Shown here in pieces: positions 57,708 through 64,000 of a DNA stretch of 64,000 bases; the first letter of the stretch is position 1; every line of letters starts with the position of its first letter. The position numbers were made by a program, and so were the translations under genes. This DNA is from Alphaproteobacteria bacterium (lineage in GTDB: Bacteria > Pseudomonadota > Alphaproteobacteria > Bin95), in NCBI GenBank assembly GCA_965205265.1, contig CBDBGH010000003.1, forward strand, positions 2,528,001 through 2,592,000, in the 5' to 3' direction. Under the pieces are notes generated by a model. The model saw only the letters and a list, made by a program, of their open reading frames with translations, ran no database searches and was not told the DNA's origin.

Positions 57708-58247
57708 TCAGACGATCGCCGTGCCGACGAGGCCGGTGACGATGCCGGTGCCGGCGCCCGCCGCGATGCCGACGCCGACCGCGCCCATGAGCTGCATCGC
57801 ATTGAAGCGCAGCACCGAGCCGACCAGTGCGGCGCCCACGGCGAGCGCGGCGGCGAGCTGGCCGCCGGTGCCGCCGACGATCCCTTCCACCGTGTCGAGC
57901 GGATCGTCGAACGTGGTGTCGGTGGTCGCGAACGCGGCGTCCGGTCCCGCGAGCAGCAGCGCGACGCCGAGCGCCGCCACCGCCGCGCAGCGCAGCGCGG
58001 GACCGAGGCCATCCCCCGGTCCGGGGCCTGCCCCGGATTCCGGCCCGGGGTCCACGGTCGAGTTGCGCTCGCGCTTCGCCGCCCACTCGTCGAGATGCTC
58101 GCGCCGGTAGCGCACCCGGCCGCCGAAGCGGTTGAACACCGGGCCCTCGCCGGTCACCCGGTAGCGTTTCAGGGTGCGGTGCGACAGCCGCAGATAGCGG
58201 GCCGCCTCGACCGTCGTGAAAAATATCTGTTCGTCGGCCACCGTCAT
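57708..58247 (-). CDS. Fusion of an excisionase/RdfS-like HTH_17 domain and TraA-like propilin
   Basis: aa 8-62 TTVEAARYLRLSHRTL..YRVTGEGP.F..FGGRVRY...LDEW; aa 83-107 signal peptide ending AFA; aa 108-179 two-helix pilin ending TAIV; sits directly before traL; GTG at 58241 may be the real start. Confidence 0.85.
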   Translation of the reverse strand: MTVADEQIFFTTVEAARYLRLSHRTLKRYRVTGEGPVFNRFGGRVRYRREHLDEWAAKRERNSTVDPGPESGAGPGPGDGLGPALRCAAVAALGVALLLAGPDAAFATTDTTFDDPLDTVEGIVGGTGGQLAAALAVGAALVGSVLRFNAMQLMGAVGVGIAAGAGTGIVTGLVGTAIV

Positions 58248-58342
58248 TCTCCTTCGTCTCCGCCTGCCCCGGACGCCGATCCAGGACGCCGCGCTCTGCG
58301 GCCCGGTCCGCGATTGAAACGGCGCGCCCGGCCCGCCGTAAG

Positions 58343-58405
58343 GGTCGATTTGCGAGTCGCAAAACCGACCTCCCCAGGCGGTGCCTCACGGTGCCCTGCG
58401 GTGCC
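58343..58405. promoter_or_regulatory. Inverted repeat plus three phased direct repeats upstream of the tra operon
   Basis: GGTCGaTTTGCGAgTCGCAAAacCGACC (58343-58370); CGGTGCC at 58379, 58389 and 58399. Confidence 0.6.
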
Positions 58406-58569
58406 GGGAGGGCGATCGCCCGAGGACCGGCAGATCGCCCCGGACCGGTTCCGGGGACCGGGACAGGCGCGCCGGCACGCCGGCCGCAATGTTTCGGACG
58501 GGCGCGCGGGCAGCGGATTCGGGAACGGGGGAGCGGTTCGGGACCGCCTCGCGGAAACGCCGGACCGCG

Positions 58570-59372
58570 CTACGTCGCGGAGGGATCCGGCTTGCGCTGA
58601 CGGCGGCGCTTGCGGCGCGGCTCGAGGAACGCCGCGCTGTAGCCGCCGTCCCTCAGCCCCTTCGCCTTCTCGATGCGGCGCCTCGACTTCGAGCGCGGTC
58701 CCCCGTTGGGGTCCCAGGGCTCCACCGCGTCGGCCTCGAGAACGTCCAGCGCAATGTCCCGCTGCGACTTCTCCGCGCCGAGCGCGTCCAGGACCTTCAG
58801 AAGCTCGTCGTGCTCCTTGCCCGGACCCGGCGCCTCCGAGGAGGGGGCGGGCGTCCCGTCACCCGCCACAGGTCCTCGATCCGCCCGACCGCCGCCTCCA
58901 GCGGCAGGCTCAGCCCGAGCTTCGCCATGATCCCGTCGCCGGGGCCGAACGCGCGGCCCGACGGCACCAGGATCTGCAGCAGCGCGTTGCCGAGCTCCGC
59001 CTTGAGAACGAACCGGCCGTCGAGCAGCCTCAGCCCCTCGACCCGCGCTCCTGCTTCCGTCAGAAGCCCCAGCAGCGGCGCCGGGTCGGGCCAGGGGTCC
59101 GGGTCGGGCTCGCCGACGAGCATCGGGATGCCGGACCAGAAGGGCGAGCGCCAGACCTCCGCTTCGGGGTCCTCCCAGGCGAGCAGCGCCCACTCCGCTT
59201 CCGCCCGCAGGTCGGCCTCGGTCTGCACCCGGAGCGGGAACCCCGCATCCTCGAAGCGGGGCGGGGCGGCATGCACCGCCCATGCCTCGCGGTAGTCGGG
59301 GTTGCGCCGCATGTAGGCCCAGGCATGGCCCCCGAGGACCGCGTCCCGGTCCGCGCCCCTGACGCGGCTCAT
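58570..59372 (-). pseudogene. DUF6499-DUF2285 (FseA-like) transcriptional activator split by a -1 frameshift near 58820
   Basis: AWAYMRRNPDYREAW in the 59372 frame; LKVLDA..SQRDIA..W....RSKSRRRI.KAKGL.DGGY in the frame ending at 58570. Confidence 0.75.
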
Positions 59373-59394
59373 CTCCCGGGTTGCCGCCGGGTGC

Positions 59395-62300
59395 CTACCA
59401 ACGGGCGGTAAACCCGAAGCCTATCCTGTGCTCGGGCGGGGTGTTGTCGTTGACGCTCTCGTTGCGCAGCGCCTCGACCTTGAACTCGAAGGTCCGCGGA
59501 CCCTGCCGCTCCGGCGTCAGACGCCAGCCGAGCGCGTAGTCGCGCCCCGTGTCCGACAGGCCCAGCGCGACCTCCGGCGTCCCCGTCAGCCGGCCGCCGA
59601 ACGCCGGCACGCCGTAGCCCAGCCGCGCCTCGAAGCGCCGCCGGTCCCAACTATTGTCGTTGGCCGCAAGCCCCGCCAGATCGTCGCGCGCGAGCAGCGC
59701 GTCCACGCCGCCCGCATCGGTCGCCCCCAGGGTCTGGCTCAGCGTCAGCTTCGGCCCGCGCTCCGTGTCCGGCCGCGGGTCCCAGGTCAGCCCGCCCGAG
59801 ACCCCGCGCTCGCTGAAGCCCGAGTCCTCGTGGGTCAGCAGGCCCCGCGCCTTGACCTCGGCCGACAGCCCGCGCTCCGGGTCGGACCACGCCACGCCGC
59901 CGCCGACCTCGGTGCCGAACCCGGTCTCGGCGTCGCCGCCGTCCACCCTGAGCCCGATCTCCGCGCTCGGCGTCAGCGTCGCGCCGCCGCCGACCGCGAA
60001 GGTCCGGCTGCCGTCCAGCACCAGCCGGAGCCGCGTCGCCTCGCCCTCGCTCGCCGCCATGCCCGGCACGGCATCGCTCTCCGTGCCGACCCACATCGCG
60101 TCGGACCGCACGTTGAGCGCGATGCCGTCCTCGCCGTCGAGCAGCCGCCCGGTGACGCCGACCGCGGCCATGCGCATCCGCACGTCGGTCTCCATGGCGC
60201 GCTCGCCCTCGGGCTTCAGCGTGAGCCTGCCCCAGCCCGCGCCGGCGAGGCCCGCCACCGACACCCGTTCGGTCAGGTCGAACTTGGCGTAGGGCCAGAC
60301 CCCGGTCAGCGCGCTCTCGACGTCGCCCTTGCCGGCCGGGCCGCCGTATGTGCCCTCGCCCAGGCTGTGCGAGACCATCACGCCCGCCAGCAGCCGGTCC
60401 CACTCGGCGTCGGCGCCGAGGAAGCCGGTCGTGACCGTGCCGTCCAGGTCGAGCCCGCCGGCCTCGCCCTCGAAGGCGGTGGTCGCGAACCGGCCCCACG
60501 CGGCGAAGCCCGGACCGCCCGCCTCCTTGCGGCCGGAGGCCGCGAGGTGGAACGACGTGCCGAGCAGGAACTGCTCCAGCGTCATGGTCCGCAGCCCGGT
60601 CCCGCCGCCGTGCGGGTCGCTCCCGTGCAGGCCGCGGTCGCCGGTGTACTGCCACCACGGCCGTTCGGCCCCGGCGCCGAGCGCCATTCCCTGCGCCGTG
60701 CCGTCGGACGTCCCGTCCGACGCCGCGCCGCCGGTGACGGCCTGTCCGCCGAGCGTGCCGTGCGAGCCGCCGGTCTCGGCGAACCGGCTGCCGAGCGCGT
60801 CCAGCGCCTGGCTGCCGACGGTGCGGCCCATCCGCACCAGCCACGCCCCCGGCATCGGGTCCGTGTTGGTTATCGTGCCGACCGCGTCGCCGTCGACCTT
60901 GCGCAGGCCGGAGGGGTTCGACAGCACGAGCAGCAGCTCCTCCTCGCCCTCGTCATGCGCGTCGTCCAGCACCGGCACCGACACCGTCTTCTCCGTCTCG
61001 CCCGGCGCGAACAGCAGCGTGCCCGAGGTCGGCGTGTAGTCGTAGCGCGGATGCGCCGTCCGGGCGACGGTCCGGTAGTCCACCGACGCCAGCGCGTCCG
61101 GCGCACGGTCCAGCGTCACCCTAAACGCGAGCACCGCGCCCGGCGCCTCGCGCACCCGCGCATCGGCCACCGACACGCCCGGCAGGGATCCCGGCGCCGC
61201 CTGCGGCTCCCGCGCCTTCTGCGGCTCCGCGAGCTTCTTGCGCAGCCACTTCAGGCCGCCGTTGTTGACCTTCGCCCGCGCCGGACCCCAGCCCTCTTCC
61301 TCCGGGTCGCCCAGGAAGAAGCGCGGCAGCACCGAGTTCGAGACGCCCGCGAGTCCGTCCACCTTGTCGGAGCCCGTCACCGTGCGCACCGTGTACGAGG
61401 CCCACTCCGCGCCGTCGAGCAGCCCGACCGCCGTGTCGTAGCGGCCCGTCGCCGCGGTCCCGTCGTCCGGGTCGTGGTAGATCGTGAACGAGACCGGCTC
61501 GGGCTCCGGCTCCGGTTCCGGCTCGGCGGGGGCCTCGTCGTCGTCGCGCACCGTCACCGCCGCGCTCGACGCCGCGCCCAGGTTGTAGCCGTCGCCGTGG
61601 TCCAGCGTCACCGTCACGCTGCCGTCCGGCTCGTCCGCGTCGTCGCCCGCCGTCGGCACCTCGATCGTCGCGCTCGTGGCGCCCCCGTCGATGGCGAGCG
61701 TCTTCGCGCCCTCATCGTCCGCCGCCACGAACTCGCCGTCCTCCGACACGCCGTAGGCGAGCGTCAGCCCGCCTTCCGGCGCCGCCTCCGAGAGCGTCAC
61801 CGTGAACGACGCCGCCGTGCCCTCGTCCACCGCCGGGCCGGCGGCAAGCGTGACATCCAGCGACCACGGCGAATGGCGCACCCGCACCGGCTCGCGCCCG
61901 TTGTAGTGCCGCCGGTCGAGCGCGTTCACCTCCACCAGCCAGTGCCGCGCCGCGTCGAAGTTCGGGATCTGCAGGCTGCAGCGGTCGTCCGCGCAGGTGC
62001 GGACGTCCACGATCTCGAAGCCCTTGTTCCGCGCGCCCCGCGACTTCCGCTTCGCCAGCCGCTTCGTGCCGCTCGCCCAGGCGACCGTGTAGTCGTCCCG
62101 CACCGACGGCACGCTCCAGGTCACCAGCCCGGTGTCCGAGACCGCCACGTTCTCCGGCACGCCGGTGAGGTTCAGCACCTCGCCCGGCGCCGGCGTGTGC
62201 CGCGCCGCCGCCGCCGGCAGGCCCTTGATCGGCCGCTCCGCATTGTTCACCTCGACGAGGTAGTGGTAGCGGGCGTCGAAGTCCTCGATCCGGGTCTCGC

Positions 62301-64000
62301 AGCGCCCCTCGGAGCACTGGAACTCGTGGACCGTCGCCTGGCCGGTATTCACGAAGCCCAGGTCCATGTACGACGGCGCCACCTCGTCCCAGTTCCATTC
62401 CACCCAGTACTTGATCCGGCCGTCGGGCGCCGTCGCCTTGTCCAGGGTCCAGGTCACCACCCCGGTGTCCGACACCGCGAGGTTGCGCGGCACGCGGTTC
62501 GGATCCCGCGGCGGCAGCGGCACGAATTCCGTCTTGTCGTCGTCGACGACGGTCAGCATGGCCCCCGCGCTCGGGAACCCGCCGACGCTGGCCCGGAAGT
62601 ACACCCTCTCGTCGCCCTCCTCGGCCGTGTCGTTCGTCGGCGTCACGGTGAGGTCGATCGACCCGCTCGCAGCGCCGGCCGGGATGGCGAACTCGAAGGT
62701 GGTCGGACAGGACTTGCCGGCGGACGCAATGCCGAGGTCGGTGCCGTAGGTGGCGGTATCGCCCTCCCGGCCGCAGGCCAGGATCACGTCGGCCGCGGTC
62801 GCCAGCGTCCCGCCGACCAGGGTCGCGGTCGCCGTCACCGTCCGCGCGCCGCCGTCCTCGGCGATGCGCGACGGGCTGAGACTGAGCTCGATGCCGGTGA
62901 CCACGGCCGGCGGCGTGACGGCGGGGCAGTTCTGCGTCGCGGCGACCACCGCCAGCTCGACCTTCTGGCCGTTGGTCCAGGTCAGGCCGGAGGGGTCCCA
63001 GTCGACTCTGCTGGCTGCCCCCGTAAAGGGGTTCCAGCCGGGCGTCTTCGTGAACGCCGTGCCGTCCACGCAGAACTTGTAGCTGCCCGTCGCGCTGCCC
63101 GTCAGATCCCCGTAGGCTATGCTCAGGCCGCTGCCGACGAGAAAGACGCCGGTGAGCGCCCGCGTCGCGCCCTGGTCCGTCATGCTGCTGCTGGTGATCG
63201 AGCCAATGCCCGTGTCAGCACTCCAGCCCCGTTGGAGCGTACCCCCCACCGTCAGCGTTGCCGACCAGACGGGCATGACGGACGCCGCGTCATCGTCGTC
63301 TTCCACCGCCACCGAGGTGCTTGTCGTCGCGCCCAGCGTGTAGCCCGTGCCGGCGTTCAGCGTCACCGTCACGGTGCCGTTGGCCTCGTCGTCCCCGTCG
63401 TCCACCGTGGGGACGTTGTAGGTCCCGGTCGTGGCGCCGCCGGCGATGTCCAGCGTCTTGGCGCCCTCGTTGCCCGAGGCCACGTAGTCGTCGTCCACCC
63501 CCTCCGACACCGTCAGGTCGATGGTGAGGCCGCTCGCCGGCGCCGCGCTCGACAGCGTCACCGTGAAGCTCGCGTCCGTGCCCTCCGTCACCGGAGAGGT
63601 GCCCGCCGCGATGGTGGCGGTCGGCAGCACGCCAGTCAGCGTCCCCGTGATCTCGCTCTGGGCCTGGGGCGCCTCCAACTGGTCGACGGCGCTCACCCGG
63701 ACGTCATACGCCGTATCCGCCGTCAGGCCCGTCAGCTGCACCTCCGTGTCGGGGTCCGGACCCCTGTTGGTCGTCTGGCGGCTGCTGTCGTAGCTCTGCC
63801 CGGCGCTCTTCCACTCGATGATGTAGCTGTCGAAGGTGACGCCGGTCGGCGCGTCCCAGTCCACGTCGAGCTTGGTCGGCTCGCCGTCGACCGCGGCCAC
63901 GGTCAGGTTCGGGATCGCCGGCAGGTCGTTGTCCTGCACCGTCACCGCCGCGCTCGACGGACTGCCCAGGGTGTAGCCCGGCGCCGACAGGAGCGTCACC
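59395..64000 (-). CDS. Giant surface protein/autotransporter with FN3 and Calx-beta domains (5' end outside the window)
   Basis: Over 1530 aa; Calx-beta repeats (FAPGETEKTVSVPVLDD.HDEGEE), FN3-like modules, C-terminal beta-barrel ending IGFGFTARW. Confidence 0.88.
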   Translation of the reverse strand, partial: VTLLSAPGYTLGSPSSAAVTVQDNDLPAIPNLTVAAVDGEPTKLDVDWDAPTGVTFDSYIIEWKSAGQSYDSSRQTTNRGPDPDTEVQLTGLTADTAYDVRVSAVDQLEAPQAQSEITGTLTGVLPTATIAAGTSPVTEGTDASFTVTLSSAAPASGLTIDLTVSEGVDDDYVASGNEGAKTLDIAGGATTGTYNVPTVDDGDDEANGTVTVTLNAGTGYTLGATTSTSVAVEDDDDAASVMPVWSATLTVGGTLQRGWSADTGIGSITSSSMTDQGATRALTGVFLVGSGLSIAYGDLTGSATGSYKFCVDGTAFTKTPGWNPFTGAASRVDWDPSGLTWTNGQKVELAVVAATQNCPAVTPPAVVTGIELSLSPSRIAEDGGARTVTATATLVGGTLATAADVILACGREGDTATYGTDLGIASAGKSCPTTFEFAIPAGAASGSIDLTVTPTNDTAEEGDERVYFRASVGGFPSAGAMLTVVDDDKTEFVPLPPRDPNRVPRNLAVSDTGVVTWTLDKATAPDGRIKYWVEWNWDEVAPSYMDLGFVNTGQATVHEFQCSEGRCETRIEDFDARYHYLVEVNNAERPIKGLPAAAARHTPAPGEVLNLTGVPENVAVSDTGLVTWSVPSVRDDYTVAWASGTKRLAKRKSRGARNKGFEIVDVRTCADDRCSLQIPNFDAARHWLVEVNALDRRHYNGREPVRVRHSPWSLDVTLAAGPAVDEGTAASFTVTLSEAAPEGGLTLAYGVSEDGEFVAADDEGAKTLAIDGGATSATIEVPTAGDDADEPDGSVTVTLDHGDGYNLGAASSAAVTVRDDDEAPAEPEPEPEPEPVSFTIYHDPDDGTAATGRYDTAVGLLDGAEWASYTVRTVTGSDKVDGLAGVSNSVLPRFFLGDPEEEGWGPARAKVNNGGLKWLRKKLAEPQKAREPQAAPGSLPGVSVADARVREAPGAVLAFRVTLDRAPDALASVDYRTVARTAHPRYDYTPTSGTLLFAPGETEKTVSVPVLDDAHDEGEEELLLVLSNPSGLRKVDGDAVGTITNTDPMPGAWLVRMGRTVGSQALDALGSRFAETGGSHGTLGGQAVTGGAASDGTSDGTAQGMALGAGAERPWWQYTGDRGLHGSDPHGGGTGLRTMTLEQFLLGTSFHLAASGRKEAGGPGFAAWGRFATTAFEGEAGGLDLDGTVTTGFLGADAEWDRLLAGVMVSHSLGEGTYGGPAGKGDVESALTGVWPYAKFDLTERVSVAGLAGAGWGRLTLKPEGERAMETDVRMRMAAVGVTGRLLDGEDGIALNVRSDAMWVGTESDAVPGMAASEGEATRLRLVLDGSRTFAVGGGATLTPSAEIGLRVDGGDAETGFGTEVGGGVAWSDPERGLSAEVKARGLLTHEDSGFSERGVSGGLTWDPRPDTERGPKLTLSQTLGATDAGGVDALLARDDLAGLAANDNSWDRRRFEARLGYGVPAFGGRLTGTPEVALGLSDTGRDYALGWRLTPERQGPRTFEFKVEALRNESVNDNTPPEHRIGFGFTARW

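Larger units (their letters stand above)
17826..64000. mobile_element. Integrative conjugative element or composite island with MOBF relaxase and F-type T4SS; right end outside the window
   Basis: Integrases, leading-region genes, relaxase, coupling protein, full tra operon, excisionase-like HTH; exact ends not established. Confidence 0.7.

Overview
GC-rich DNA that looks alphaproteobacterial (purF-SDR gene order, an alpha-type LexA-like box, alpha-type REP-like palindromes). Bases 1-14.4 kb are chromosomal genes: purF, SDR, a TPR protein, an LLM oxidoreductase, vapBC, an ABC substrate-binding protein, the large NAD-glutamate dehydrogenase, a GNAT and an M29-like peptidase, interspersed with REP-like mosaics. 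From about 14.5 kb the window is accessory. It holds a DUF3883 nuclease, an IS630-like HTH, a tandem pair of tyrosine integrases with low-GC cargo, and a third integrase cut by a group II intron whose RT is frameshifted and whose 3' flank is not the rest of the integrase. A conjugative element follows: leading-region genes (ssb, AlkB, toprim, DUF4326, DUF2493), HEPN/Abi defence cargo between duplicated sequences, a MOBF relaxase, TraD and a full F-type tra operon. The most striking feature is the head of that operon: a DUF6499/DUF2285 (FseA-like) activator followed by one ORF that fuses an RdfS/excisionase-like HTH to the propilin. Also notable are a promoter-driven hairpin RNA opposite the Abi-like HEPN gene, at least 14 copies of a 23-24 bp palindromic micro-element (most inside ICE genes whose frames stay open), and a giant FN3/Calx-beta autotransporter running off the right edge. 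All family calls come from motif recognition by eye; no searches were run.
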